A stretch of DNA of 64,000 nt from Thunnus thynnus (GCF_963924715.1 NC_089527.1:28186551-28250550), one strand, 5' to 3'; counted from the first letter of the stretch, positions 49,301-63,000 are shown. Notes: generated from the sequence alone by a model not told the origin. Translations and numbers: made by a program.

Positions 49301-50699
49301 GTCAGCTCACTATTGTATGTTTAGGCATGTGACTCTATTGAATTTATTTTTTAACTTATTAGTAAACTCAAAACAATATTAAATATGATTTGTTTATGTG
49401 TTCAGTCATACTTTGACTAACCAGGGGCTCCATATATTCTTTAGTCCCATATTATTGTTTGTGAAATTTAATGGTTTTTCACTCTGTTAAGTGTGAAGTA
49501 ATTTCAGGTAAATAGATAGACAGCAGATAACTCATAAAAAAAAGTGTACAGAAACAAAGCCATGCTCAGTGCCTGCCCCCCCACCTTCTCAGCTGTCCAA
49601 GTGATCCACGTTGCTATAAGCAGTACAGTCGATACAAATCCATTGCTGCAGGATAAAATGTTGTTTTTGAGGAAGTATGTAGGAGTGCTGTTTAAAAAGG
49701 TATGCTGAGCAGTTAAAGGGGGTCAAGAATGGGTGAACAGCATTTCCTCTTTTAGCTCTTTCTTTTTTAAGCATTTGAAGAGATCAATAAATGCGGAACA
49801 CCACTCTTCAACATGCTGGATTATCTCTTCTGCATCTCATCAGCCTGAGAGTATCTGCTTAGTGAACAGGCTAATATAAAAAAGGACAGAACTCATCCTC
49901 TTTGATGTTAAGTTTATAAAAAAAATGTTTTTAATTGGTTTTGTTTTACCCCCACATGCTGTTCACATAACACACTTTAGATATAATGTGTCTCTTATCA
50001 CCTCAGTTCTCATAACCCTAGCTGAACTGAAATGCTGGGCAGTTTTCACACCAAACCACTGGGTTATTCTTTAGGGTCTGTTTATACAGCTTGATCTGCG
50101 AAAGAAAAAAAACAACAAAAAAACAAATTGGTTCAGAATGCTGCTTTTATTTCGATCTGAGTTAAGAGGATAGATGAACTAGATATCGTGTAGCAATCAA
50201 TGGGTATTGATCAAACTCCAGTAATGCTTTTGTTTCAGGCATAGAATAGACCGCACAGTAAAGTGGTGTGTCATTAATGGAAGACAGGGGAAAATGAATG
50301 CTGTATAGAGCTGCCCATTTGTGTTTGCTTTTTTCCTGACCTCTGAGATCTCTTTGTACTGTTTGAGTTAATGAAACAGGAAACACAATATACCATCCTT
50401 TCAAGGCTTACAGTTGTGGTACCATATTATTTTTCAAAACTGAATCCCGCATTGAATTCACATATTGAATATGAATCCTCCTCAAAGACTCAGTTGAGAG
50501 CTGTAATCGCCTTTTGTTGGCAACGAGACCAACAGCCAGATTTGTTAAGGGGTATTTTGCAAAGCTGAAGCTGGATCTAATATGGAAGCAATTATTGGGA
50601 CCTTGTCTAACAACCCTTTCATCTCCAAGAAATTATGTGTATATACTAACTTGTTTTGCTGGCATCTTTCCTTAAGCTGTGCTGACTTCCAGTGATGAC

Positions 50700-53450
50700 A
50701 CTGAGCTGATTGGCAGCAGTCTTCTTGCTTGGTTTGCAACAACAAAACAAAATAATGAAACAATATTTTCATGGAGAGATGGATAGCGGAAACTCTGGGT
50801 GTGCAACTACCACAGATGCTGGAGCGGGCCCACCACATAGCAGGCCAAAGACATGACCCGTGCATACCAAAAACTTTTAATGTGAAATTTCTCAACTTCA
50901 TACATAGAGAATGTGTCTTCAAAGAAGCTAGATCAAAAGGGCAAGAGCTGTATGAAAAACAGCCAAATCAGTTTCCCCCCCAGACATGTCAGCCAAAGCA
51001 ACAGAGAAGCTACGATAGCGCACTTTTGTCTTTGATACACCGGCAGAAATACATTTCTGAACTGGGTGATTCGGCATAGAGACACATAATCGGGTCAGGT
51101 AATCTCACACTTTGCAGGGATGGACTACATATGGACTGCAGATAGCCTTTTTTTTCTCTCTGCTCCACTTTCTCTCTTTTATCTAAGAGTATGTCCCATA
51201 TTTGTCTGTGGGGAATACAAGAGAGGATTCGATTGGAAAGGTATGGATGACTTCTGCATTGTAGTTGTTATTATTAATATTTGTACGTCTATCTTTATAA
51301 TAAGACCCCAGTGGCCAAATACCATCAGTCACTGTTACTCTAAGATTTGTGTCCAGCTTCACAATATCTAGGTGAGGTGACATCTGTCGAGCAGGATTTT
51401 GGATAAACGTTCTGTTTCCATTTTTTTTCTCTTAATGTATTTAGTGGAATTGTTAATTAGACATAAAATAAAAAGCAAATATATCATAATAGAAAATTTC
51501 AACTGCACCCTAGATCCTCAGATAGATAGGTCCTCTGGAATGGAATGGAGGAGGACTAGAAAAGTATTACATCATTTTATTAAAGACATATATGGAGACA
51601 TCTAAGCGAGAGAGTTGCAGGACCAATAGAGTTAAAAACTCATTTGTCCCTGCTACCATTGGCTTTTTGAACAGTATTATGTAATTATGTACATAATTAT
51701 GTAATTCTTTGTCTTTTTTTGTGTGTAGGTTGGTGTGTGTTGTTTATTGTATTTATTTACTGTTGGCTGTGAAACAAATTCCCCCTTGGGGATAATAAAG
51801 ATTACCTTGACCTTGACCTCGAACTTGAGTTTACCTGCTATTCTAGTACAAAAGCTACTGTAGAATATATAGATTTTGGTCTCTGCTGATGCCTCTGATC
51901 ATGTCGTTTTTTCCATGGTATATGTAAAGTCAAAACTGATGTGCATTCCCTATGAATTTGAAATCCCTTTAAGTTTCAAATAAAATGGTTACAAGATCCA
52001 AATTCCATAGAGTATTTAGGAGAAGTATTTGATGTGCATTTTGAAACGAACATATCACAGACTTCTGCTTCCGTGAGATGGGATGGGATGTGGATAAAGC
52101 ATTACCAGGGCTTAAATATAAGTCACGCTGGTACAAAATGTAAGCATGTACAGGAAAAAAACTTAAATTTTTCAATCTAACATGAAAGTGCATAATCGCT
52201 CAGAAATTGACAAGGAACTATAACTTAGAATCTTATAAGATGCAGAGTAAGGGTCTCTGGCACAACTTCATCTACTTCCAAGGTGAACAGAGAAGGGAAA
52301 GAAGTCTAGAGAGATGAGAACTCCAGCAACACTTGTAGTATGAAGAACTTTATTAGTTGACCGACGCGTTTCGGCTTGTGGCCTTCATCAGGGTCATCGA
52401 AAACAATCAGAATTTGATAAGGCCATAGCATATTTGATAAGGCATAAACATGTTTATGATCAGGGAGGGAAACCTAGCAGACTTCTAGCTTAGCAAATAA
52501 AGCTTCAGCAAACTGAAGGGGCTGTTACTAAAATACAAGACGAGAAAGGAAATAGTTTAGTAGATCCTATGGAAATAAATAAAGCATTCAAAAATTTCTA
52601 AAGGAATATCTGTAAAGCTTGATATTCTTAGGCTCTCAGATGGCATTAAAGTGAAACTACTACTACTACATTGTAAAGAACTTTAGTACAAAGTCAAGAG
52701 GTTGTGTTATGTAGCACAACAAGCTAGCAAGGCTCTGCAAACAGAACAGCATTCCCACACATGCACAGTGGTGTAGCGTTACCTGGAACTTCTCTGTGGA
52801 GACTAAAACATTATAGTTATTAGATGTTGGAGCCCTTTCTACACTAACTTATGTGACCGTAATCTTTGTGGTGAAGGAACATTTCACCCAGTGCAGCAGT
52901 GTGGGTCACTGACATGTTTTTAATAGTGTTTGAACAACAACTGAGGTCTTCGGCACAGAAGAATACAATATATCAGCACAATACTTGTAAATATGATCAA
53001 CTCATTGTTGGTTTGGTCTGCACATGAGATTTGAGATAAGAAAAATATAGAAAATTCCCAGCCTTTTCTTTTAAGGGAGGAAAGGGAGGAATAGAGAGGA
53101 TAACCATGCCGTAAAGGATCCATTTAAGATCACCAGGGGCTGTCCCCAAGATTATTATTGCTATAAGAACATATACACAAACTAATGGAATCAAAATTGG
53201 AAGAACAGAACATAAAATAGTCATTGTAGATGACATCATTTTGTTTTTAAACAAATTAGATATTTCTCCTGGTAGCACTAGAAGGAAAGTCAGGGATTCA
53301 CCAAAGTCAGTAGGATTCATTCTCTAGGGACCGAATGTCAACATTTTATAACAATCCATCACATAGCTGTCAAGATATTTCAGTTTAGACCAAACCAACT
53401 GACAGACAGAGCTAGAGCTACACTGTTTAAAATCAAATCAGTGTTTCCTC
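50700..53450 (+). mobile_element. Degraded L1/Tx1-clade LINE (ORF1 C-terminus, endonuclease and RT fragments), with secondary insertions
   Basis: ORF1-like 'ERAHHIAGQRHDPCIPKTFNVKFLNFIHRECVFKEARSKGQELY' (50771..51079). Endonuclease 'IIENFNCTLDPQIDRS' (51399..51605). ORF2 linker 'IQDEKGNSLVDPMEINKAFKNF' (around 52530-52600). RT 'GIKIGRTEHKIVIVDDIILFL' (around 53190-53260). A foldback-MITE half-copy is inserted at 52920-53060. Confidence 0.6.
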
Positions 53451-56400
53451 CAGGTTGACTGCTTTGGCATGGTGTGGGGAGGGGGCTGTACTGTACATTT
53501 ACTGCCAGACTGACAACTTACTACTAACCTTTTCCTCTGCTCCACTCACATTCACTGTCACTTTTCTGCACTCACTCTCTCACTCAACCACTCACTCACC
53601 CGCTACACACACATATTACACACTGCCCTTAAAAGGAGCTATGCTACCAAGAGTTGCCCAGGCAACGACACAGAGGTTAACTCACGTTTTGGAACAGCAC
53701 TGCACAGAGGCTCCCAAACGCTATTGATTTCTGAATGAATGAGTATTTGGTGTTATTTTTTGCATTAAAAAATATTTTTTGGCCTGGCGGGGGGCCTCAT
53801 TGGCCTCACAGCCTGCCAGGCCTGTACTATTATAGGCCAAACACTGCAAATGAAATATGTTATCAGAAAACATGTTACTGAAATATTCAGTATCTACATT
53901 GTGCATCTTGGCAGATTTATGAATAAACAATGTTTCTTCATTACATTTCATAAAAAATGGGCATGTTTTCTGTTGCAAATCAATGGTACATTAACATAAC
54001 TTCTAGGAGATAGGGCTGACCCTAAATATGGTGCATGGATAGAATCTTTTTGGTAAAACAATGCATTTAACAGTGGCTGCAGTTACACAAACAAGCTGAG
54101 AAAAACAGTTTTTCAGTAGTTCTCATGAAACTCTCCTGAAAAAAACCTCAAAAGGACACACAGAGTCATTGAGGTGAAGCAGTTGAAACCAAGCCCAACT
54201 GGTTTCAGTTTTTCTCTTCTGTCATACATGTCCTGATAACATTTTGAGAAGAAACTGTGTGTTGATCAATCTAGTGCAGTGCAGGAGAGCTTCCTGTTGC
54301 CAAAAGAACATTTTTCTTCTAAAAAATGGTTGTGGTGGTTTGTATTTGATCAAGTTTAAGCCCAAACGGCTTACAGTGATATAAAAATCATGTAAGTTTA
54401 GTAATTACATTATTACAAATCAGTAGCGTAACCAAAGGATGGTTCATGGTGAGTGCAGCATGAAATTACATTTCAGGAAGGCAGAACAAGTGAAAGTGAC
54501 AAGCTCCAGTCAGAGTCTCTGGCAGAGGAGAAAAAGATGAAAAACATTAATCTTATTAAGGCATCTTTTAAAGCTTTTGTTTCCTTGGCTGTTAGTCTTG
54601 AAAAGAAATGAAGAGCTACGAAACTACCAAAGTCTAAAAGTCCTGCAAACAAAACCTTCAGTAGAAATATCTCCAGTAAACTGTACTTAAGTATCAAAAG
54701 TATATGTAGACATTGTAAAGGAAAAAGAAGTCTGCCTTTTTCATTTTCTGAGAAGTTGACAAGAAGATGTTTGAGAGATTCACTTTTATGAATTTAACAT
54801 ATGTGAAATTAGTAAGTGTGGTGAAGTAAAAACAACAGGCTAATATTTCTCTCTGGAATGTAATGTATGCAAAATACATAAAGTCCCAGTATATATTCTC
54901 TTTTTGTACTCTTTCTTGTTGTCCTATGTTAACTAGAGATATTGAAAGTGCATAAATTAATTTGGGGCGTCTACTGAAAACCTTTAAGAAATTAATCACT
55001 TTCACACCCATCGGCAAAGCAAACAGTATCAACTTGTGTTTATTACTTCAGGAGCCATAAATCTGCTGCCAGCTTTATATTGAGTTTGTCATCGGGAAAC
55101 CTGGCAAGCCAGTGAGAGCAAAGAGAAAATGAGCCAATTGAAAACAGTTTGGCAGGAGGAGCCAGATTACACTATTTGTTCGCTGTATTTTTTGTCTGAC
55201 TGGGAATCCCTGAAGTGAATTTGTTCAACCTCATTCTTTTTGTGGAAAAACAAAAACTCTTCAGCCAAGATCTCTGTGTGCTGGAACAAAGTCTCACTTT
55301 ATTGAAGCTTCAAGAGAAGAAAAAGTACTCTCTCATATAACAAGATACAAGCGTACTTTAAGTTCTCCTGCCTTTGGGTTGGAAGTAACAACAATTTATA
55401 CTATCTTTCTAGATGTGGTCAGATGTCATTGGCTACTTGCTCAAGGAGATGTTACCTTGAAACTCAAAGACCACAAGACCACATTAGGGAGTTTTTCCAC
55501 ATGTACCATCAGTTGATTATTACCATAGTTTATCATGTGATGAGTTCTCACAGCAAAGGCAGACACTTTCCATGTGTGCATTTCACAGATGTGATGACCT
55601 CTTCTATTGTATATACACTAGTTAATGATTACAACAAGTCCTCTGAATTGAACGACCAAATACGTCCTTTGACCATGCACCCAGATCCATACATAACAGA
55701 TTAGAAAACTCTCCTATCGGCAGTAATCAGCAGGACAACATCATGTGTCTGTGCTTTCTAAAACCATTACAATGTTTGATGCTGTAACAATGCTGTGGTT
55801 AAGGTCTGGTAAGGTTTCAGTACAAAACGTCTTGGTTAGGTTTAGGGAAAGATCATTTGGGTTAAAATGATCACTTAGTTAAGGTTAGAGAAACATGTGG
55901 TTTGGGTAAAAGTTAAGCGACCTTTATCATCAGTAACTGGCTACAGTAACAACTATAAGGTTATGGTTAGGGGACTAATACAGTTTGTAATAAAACTGTC
56001 CTATGGATTTTGATTACTTTACGCTAGGATGTGTGGAATTGATTAGACAAGATGAAAACAGGAAACACACATGAAATCAATGAGTTATGTGTGCTATGCA
56101 TTCATTTTAGTTTTAACTCTGCATGTTCCAGAGGTTAGCTGTCAATCAAATAATGATCGCAGTTTTTGGACATTATTTACTTGGTTAAATGGTAACTACT
56201 CAGTATCTGAATTATTTCCCATGCAAAAGACCATTACAACAATTAGTTCAATTAGTAATAGAGAGAAGCAAAATAGGCATCTTCTGTATGAATGTCTTGC
56301 ATTGTTAATCCCATGTGATACCTTTGTTCAGCCTGTAGGACAGGAGAACTTGAAACATTGCAAGTTGCTAGTAAATAGTGCTGTGTTTCACCCGAAGTGC

Positions 56401-59399
56401 CCCCCATCTGGTCAAAACCAGATTATCAAACTTAGACTATAAGAGCATCACATCACAGCATCACAGTCAGGACTCAAATTCAAAATTATGTGTGCCTGCT
56501 TTTTCCATTTCCGTGTTCTCATACTTAAATAAGGGGAGAATTTTTAGACATCAGTTTAAATCATCATGACTGGAAAGTGTCTCTGTTCCCATTCAGCACT
56601 TGTCGTGTAGGAAAATGGAAATGGATGTCAACAAGGATTAAAAGCTGAACCTGCATCACTTGTTTCCCACTGCCACACTGTCCTCCTACTTCAAAACATT
56701 AAAGGTTTTCCTTTTAGTTGCACCACTTCTCTCTCTTTCTCTCTGCAGCAGAGCAAGCACAAAAATATTAATAGGCCTACTGACTGTTATGATCATTGTA
56801 CTGTGCAAAGATACCTGCTGCAGAAAGCAGAAACAAACAGAGAGACTGTTTGTCTTTCAGTATGTGTCTGTATGGATCATGGCAAGATAAACCTGTTAGA
56901 GGGCCCTTGGGGAAAAAAATGCTTCTGGGCCCTACTGACCCCCCACCCACTGCAATGTGAACGTATCCCATCTCTTCCTCTTCAAAGGTGCCCTGTGGAA
57001 TTTTCTTCTAAGACACACAAAGTTATGTTTGCATTCAGTATTACTTGCAAAAGCACACTGTGTGTATCCTTCAGGCCAGAAAAACATGCTGAATGTACTG
57101 GTATGTCTTTTCTCATAAAACATTTCCAAGACATTTTTGGAAAAAATCATGCATGTTTGGTAGCTTGCAGTCGTCTTCTTTGCATGTTACGCCAAACTGT
57201 TGATCAGCGGAATCCTGTGAAAACACTTATAGCTACGTCTGTTGCAGCGCCCACATGTGCATGCATGTGTGTGTGCACGTTCCAAACAAAATGGGGACAC
57301 ATTTGTAAAAATATGATACAACATCAACTAAAATAATTAATATAAATTAGTAATTCACAATTGAACTTAAAGCTAGATTATGACACAGGGCCCCTCAATA
57401 AGACAAGGCCACATCATTAGCTAATAACGTAAAACCTGCCTCAGTTATATAATTGTACTGCAAATTCCCTAAAAAATAATTAAATTAACTAAACCAATTG
57501 CCTTACATTCCCTGCATGCATGGACTTTTGGGACACCTAATTTGGGGCCCCAGGTGGTTGTCCCCTTTGCCCATCTGATAATCCATCCTTTTTATGTGGA
57601 TTTGTGGGAGCAGTAAGTGGAGAAGATGCCTTTTGTTTTGTATCAGTTCTAGATATTGCAGTGGAGTCATGGTTCTCACTCAGTCTGCCTGACAGCTCAG
57701 TATCTTCCCTTCCTTCACATTTCCCACTGACTCTCCTGCCAGTCAGTGGGGGAAGTTAACGTTTTAGTGATTAGTGTGTTACCATGTAAGCACAAAGTGT
57801 ATATGGGCTGTTAATTATTACATATTCTGTCTGTAATGAGTCAGTATGTTTTTGAAGGTTTTTACATATTCACTAAAACTCGGCAGTCTGACTGAAAACA
57901 TTCACAGCTCTTTTAACCTTACAGGGATTATCATAAAATTATTATAAGCTAAGTGAACATTGGCTTCAAATGGAACTAATGAGTTAATGTTTTAAGCATT
58001 AGAACTCTGACTATGCTTGGTAAGATGGTAAACATGAACCTTTTTGAAGGCACCTGCTGTCAAACCTTCTGACTTTGGGAGAGTGGGCTGTGAAGATTTG
58101 GATTTTCACATACAATCTGAAAAGCATCCTGCTGTGCGTTTGAATTGTACTGTATGGTGAGTCATAGCTGTTCTTGCTACAGCTGTTGCTACACAGTTAC
58201 TGTATACTGTGTACTGCAGCTTAGTAGGGCAGGGTTAAAGTTCAACTATACTCACATTTAATCATTCATCTTTGCATCATGTTTTTTTTAAACATATTGA
58301 TAATACTTAAGAAAAAAACTTAAGAAAATAGGACAGTGTGTCATTTTACCAGCAAAGTTAAAAACTTCAAATCTGTAGTACATTCTGTTGTGGTGAAATA
58401 CAATGAAACACATAATATCTAATCAGTAAACTTTTACACTACAGATTTATGTTTACATAAAAAAGAAACAATACACATATCATAAATACATGATTTACAC
58501 GATACTTTGATACAGGTACAGATCAATGCTGAAAACCAGAAAAATGTAATGGTAAAATGTTCACAGATCTAATGGTTTATTTTCACATCAAAATGTATCA
58601 ATGCATGTATCAAATACATGACTTACATACTCTTTACTACATGTATGACATACAAAAATACCCCCAGTATTCCTGTTACTTTAAGCTCATTACTTATACA
58701 GCACAGCTTAAACAAAACAAGAAAGAGGAAATTCTCCCAAGCAACTAGAAGAAGACCTTCTGCACAGACTCATTCAAAAATCACAGTCAGCAGGTGACTG
58801 AACAACAAATTATTAATAAACTGGAGAAATTTCAAATTATTCAAAGCTCTGCAGACTTTGTCCCTGTGACTGACTCTGTGTCGACAACATACTATAACAC
58901 AATAGCCTCACTGTCCTGGGAGACTACCTGCAGTAAAGTTACATATTATGATCCCTTTGCTGTGTTCTTCTTAAGGAGTTAAATGCGCACAGAAAGCCAG
59001 GAAGACATTAAAGCATCAGCAGAAATCAACGAGCAAAGAGACAGAGAGAGAGAAGGTGTATCTGACTCACGTTGATAGATATCAAATCCACTCTCCTTTC
59101 TCTGATGGAGATGAAAAAGTTATGCCATTTACTGTACTGCATCTGCTGCTGTGATCATTTTCTTTGTTGACAGACCACATTGCTACTAGCTATCTAGTGT
59201 TAAAACACCAGTGCTGATATCATCAGCAACACTGGAAATTAAGCTAACGCTCGCAGTTATTTAATTTATGTTGTTAACTTTCTTTTGTTTATATAGTATA
59301 ACTGGCTTGACAGTTGGTTTCACAGTGACACGAAAGTGACACTTAAACATTTGATACTATTTTTGATCAAACTTCCCCTTTCTTCTCTTCGGTAAGGCT

Positions 59400-59990
59400 G
59401 CAACACCATGTTTGACCACACAGGCAGTATAACACTTACAAGCAGTTACACCCCCCTCCGTGATGCTGGGATGATAGCGGCTCAGGCTGCTTCCTCCAGC
59501 AGAGGCTGCATGATGCAGAAAGCACTTGCTGGTACTGTTATTTATCGGACCAGCCAGTGCAGCATGTCTCCTGTGGAAATAGTGAGGCAGCAAGCAGCAT
59601 TATATCCTCACACAGGAATAACGCTTCATGCCCATACATTGACCGGAGTGAGGACGCCTCATGTCTACATAGTGTCAGCACTGTGTCCCACTGTTCGCAC
59701 CACCCTGCACAGGAATGACGCATACAGCTTACCACTCGGTGTTATGTTAGCGTGGCCAGTGACATTACTTCCTCCTTATTGAGTAATGTACTAGGCCCAC
59801 ACGTGGACTGAAGAGAGGAGACACCAAGGTGGCTCCACTCCCCTCCGATTATTTCTGTGGGAAATACAAAGGATGACAATGACACAACATCTAACGCTGT
59901 GCTGAGGCAGCCAACTGCGTTCAAGGACCACGCTGTCAGCAACAATAAAACTAAGAAAACAGAGAAGAAAGACAGGAACGAGGAAAAAAA
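59400..59990. other. CpG-enriched, GC-rich ~600-bp block with long ORFs on both strands; unassigned (candidate CpG island or first exon region)
   Basis: CpG-containing words are dense relative to the surroundings ('ccgtgatg', 'agcggctc', 'gaccggagtgaggacgcctc', 'gttcgcacc', 'tgacgcatac', 'ctgcgttcaaggaccacgctgtc'). ORFs 59408..59782(+), 59357..59593(-), 59538..59735(-) overlap. The plus-strand ORF 59857..60075 ends in a Lys/Glu-rich stretch followed by 'aaaaag|gtaacaaaacaagtaagt', a donor-like site. Confidence 0.3.
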
Positions 59991-60392
59991 GGTAACAAAA
60001 CAAGTAAGTAAATGTATACACAGGGTACATGATGGCATCACCTATCATAATGCTATTATTCACGTACCACCGTAACAGTAGTATACATGGTATGTATGAC
60101 TATCATGTCTATATCAAAATGATAGTTACAACCAGGGCCAGCATTACTGGACACATAGCTGCTACTCATATGTCTAATATTAATGACATATAGGACAAAC
60201 AACACATTACATAGCTACCATTCCTATTTAAGTATGACAATCCCTCCCATATATTAATAACACCTTATTGGACATCCTCATCCTCATCATCATCATAAAG
60301 TTATCATTCATATGTCATAGTGCAAGTACCATACCATTGTCACTGTTCTGTTCCATCTCTCACAATTCTTGATAGTAACATCTTACATAGGC

Positions 60393-60617
60393 TTATATTA
60401 ACTTTGTCAAATTCTCCATAGTTTGCCATTCAGTATTATTTTTGAGCGCAGGGCTCTGTAGCAACTCTCTACCAAGTACTTTGTTGAGCAATATAACATT
60501 GCTTGACCGGGCTACTCGTGTGGCTGCTTTGTAAGTCCAACACACCAGTGGGTCAGTCTTTGGACAGTGTGGATTAGCAGTCACGCACTCTGGACCCAGA
60601 GATGTTAAGGCTGCCAT
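60393..60617 (-). CDS. Unassigned 74-aa ORF immediately downstream of the 161-aa ORF on the minus strand
   Basis: 'MAALTSLGPECVTANPHCPKTDPLVCWTYKAATRVARSSNVILLNKVLGRELLQSPALKNNTEWQTMENLTKLI', preceded by an acceptor-like 'atgcctccag|'. It could be a separate exon or ORF of the same unit. Confidence 0.15.
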   Translation of the reverse strand: MAALTSLGPECVTANPHCPKTDPLVCWTYKAATRVARSSNVILLNKVLGRELLQSPALKNNTEWQTMENLTKLI

Positions 60618-60623
60618 CTCCTG

Positions 60624-61109
60624 CTAAACTGGAGGCATATCCCCCATTCCAGTCTCCGGAGCATACTGAACCTCGATCAGTCTCCAATAGCCTGCATTGA
60701 ATTGATAATATATGATATGATAATAATCTCCAGCCACAGGTAACATAAACTGATTGCTGGGAGAGATGTCTGCCAAAACTCCATCCACTGGAGCAGTCTC
60801 AACTGAAACATTGAGCTCCACAATTTTTGCAGCACTCATCACCTTGGAGGCTGCGGGCTCACTATCACCCGTGTTGCTAAGGTTGGACGCTCCTTCAAAT
60901 TGCAAGGATTTGAGCTGTTCTGACCCAGCAGCGCCATCAGACTGCTCATCACTTCCAAAAGGGGAATTTTCAGCATAGAGAGAGAGAACATTAGGTTGAT
61001 CAATATTCCCCTCCTGATAAAAAGGTAACCTGTCAGGGGAGGAACCCTTCAAGTGTCCTGGCTCTGACATGGTTCTTGTAGCAGGACACTGGGCCTCAAC
61101 TCTATCCAC
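60624..61109 (-). CDS. Unassigned 161-aa ORF (148 aa from the internal 'MSEPGHLK'); an acidic/Ser-rich half followed by the aromatic-rich 'DYYHIIYYQFNAGYWRLIEVQYAPETG'; no family recognised
   Basis: It is the longest ORF in the window that lies outside any recognised repeat. Moderate GC, no internal low-complexity DNA. It is followed after a single stop by a second in-phase-shifted ORF (60393..60617). No homology could be assigned by eye. Confidence 0.25.
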   Translation of the reverse strand: MDRVEAQCPATRTMSEPGHLKGSSPDRLPFYQEGNIDQPNVLSLYAENSPFGSDEQSDGAAGSEQLKSLQFEGASNLSNTGDSEPAASKVMSAAKIVELNVSVETAPVDGVLADISPSNQFMLPVAGDYYHIIYYQFNAGYWRLIEVQYAPETGMGDMPPV

Positions 61110-61599
61110 TCTCTCTCAGACCACGTATGGCAGCTAGGATTCGCAGCTGAGTGTCATCCTGCTGACCCTGTTCTCCCAAAGCACCAGGTAGGTGATATGA
61201 GGGCTGGGTGGCATGTTTTTTACCTGGACCTGCCTACAATTAAAGGTGTGCTCATCTCTGCACTTCTGGGAATGTTTCCTGGAAACATATTCCCCCTCAC
61301 CACCTGGCTCTTTGAATGTGCTCCTCCACAGGAAGTTCAACTGCTGCCCTACACAGATTCTCAATATCCTCCAATAAATGTACCATGCCAAAGACAACGG
61401 GCATTCATGATGGCCATCACGGGGGCCTCAGCAAAAACAACACAACTGTGAGGCCATTTCTTGTAAGTTTTTGTAATTGTTTTTTCTTTTTTTATTTTTG
61501 TGAACTGAAAATAAACAGCAGTGCCCAACAGCTACGGATAGCTGAAAAATGGGAACCAATAAACAGGCCACTCACAGCTGGCAACAATCACTTACAATA

Positions 61600-62140
61600 A
61601 AATAAAATACGGAATAAATGTAATTCACCTGAAAACACCCACTGTATACATGTAAAGGTGAAGGGGGAAGCAATCAGAAGCCCACCCACTGTGAACAGAG
61701 GCTAAGGGCAATACAATCAGCACTTAACAAAAAAATAATAACCAACTTAAATCCCAGTGCATGTCATATACAGGTAGAAAAAAGTAAACAATCCCACCCG
61801 TTGTACACAGAGGTAAAAAGGGAAATTGACAGGACAATACAACCAGCACTTAACTAAAATAATAATAATAACCAACTTAATCCCTGTGTATCTCATATAC
61901 AGGGAGAAGAAACTAAACAGTCCTGTAAGAAGGGAAGTTGCTAATAACGCCTTTTTCTGATTAAATAGAAAGGAACAGTTTATCAAAACTCACCTCCCCC
62001 ACTAATTGTGTGCAAAAGCATGATGAGGGAGGGGTAAGGGAAGGGTGGGGGGTGCGGATGTAACTCAAAAAACCCCAGTCACTGCGAACAGTGAGTAAAC
62101 GGGGAGAGTAAGTGAACCCAGTTCAAATTAATATAGAAAG
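61600..62140. repeat. Tandem repeat, ~125-bp unit x ~3-4 copies
   Basis: Recurring '...cccacc(c/g)(a/t)(c/t)tgt(g/a)(a/c)acagagg(c/t)taa(g/a)gg(c/g)aa...caatacaa(t/c)cagcacttaac(a/t)aaaa(a/t)aataataaccaacttaa(a)tccc(a/t)gtg(c/t)at(g/c)tcatatacagg(t/g)agaa' at about 61660, 61790, 61910 and 62060. Confidence 0.65.
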
Positions 62141-62399
62141 AGATTACTTAGTAATCATGCCCAAATTGTTTCATTAACTTACTCCTGAGCGAAAAAGTGT
62201 GTGAAACAAACAGCACTTACCCAAAGCTGCAATCTACAATAATTGCTTTGCACTAGGTGCAACAAATTAGGCTACCTGAAATGAAAAGAAGAGGTTAACA
62301 CAAGCAGTGTAACCCTCTGCCATTTAAATGCAACTCAAAACCGCAAAAGGGAAAAACCACGTACAGTATAGTCCTCAGGGACACAAGGCACTTGTGCCA

Positions 62400-63000
62400 C
62401 AGTGACAGATTGGTAATAGTGGAGTCCCAAACATACACAGCTTACCTACAGGTCTTGGATGGGGTGAGTGAAGAAAAGAAGAAGAAGCACGGTCACCTGG
62501 ATGCTCTAATAGATGGAGAACCAAGCCTCCTAAGGTCAGTCACATGACTTTGTTGATACATGGTCTCGAGGATAGGTAGATGATGGCATCATTCAAGGTA
62601 AAGACTGTGGTGACAGTCTGAGTGAGGTCAAAATAGATCTCCTTTAACATCACAGACAAGCTCTTCCTGTAAAGTAAGAAGTGAACTATTTTACAGCAGT
62701 ATGTCAAACACATGCACTGTAGCTTTGACATCAGTATAGTATGATTTACTGTGTCAAAGGCTTTTTGAAAATCATCAAGATCATGCCAACATACTTTCCT
62801 TCATCAAGGTTTTGTCTAACAAAGTCAAACAGATGAATAAGACAGGTGTCCGTAGAGTATGATGCTCTAAAGCCAAACTGAAGCTCATGCAACAAATTTT
62901 GTCTGACTAAATGGCATGACATGGAGCTTCTCCCCAGCCGAGCCCTACTTGTCAAAATTACACCCTGACGACTATCCCCTGATGTTGCAGCTTGCTAATG
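62400..63000 (-). mobile_element. L2/RTE-like LINE reverse-transcriptase fragment
   Basis: ORF 62746..62955(-) 'LQFGFRASYSTDTCLIHLFDFVRQNLDEGKYVGMILMIFKK' (RT domains 1-2). ORF 62540..62731(-) 'LKEIYFDLTQTVTTVFTLNDAIIYLSSR'. Confidence 0.6.

Noticed and set aside
56071-56442. 123-aa ORF beginning 'MKSMSYVCYAFILVLTLHVPEVSC...' that looks like a signal peptide
   Set aside because: It is AT-rich sequence with no downstream domain and no splice or promoter context. A hydrophobic N-terminus arises easily from T-rich DNA. It is not supportable as a gene from sequence alone.
56803-57336. 177-aa plus-strand ORF, the longest ORF in the window
   Set aside because: There is no recognisable domain. It contains (TG)n-derived Cys/Val runs ('CLSVCVCM', 'CACMCVCT'), and the region 56880-57560 contains short inverted 'GGGCCC'-containing words suggestive of a repeat. 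It was treated as a non-coding or repeat-driven ORF.
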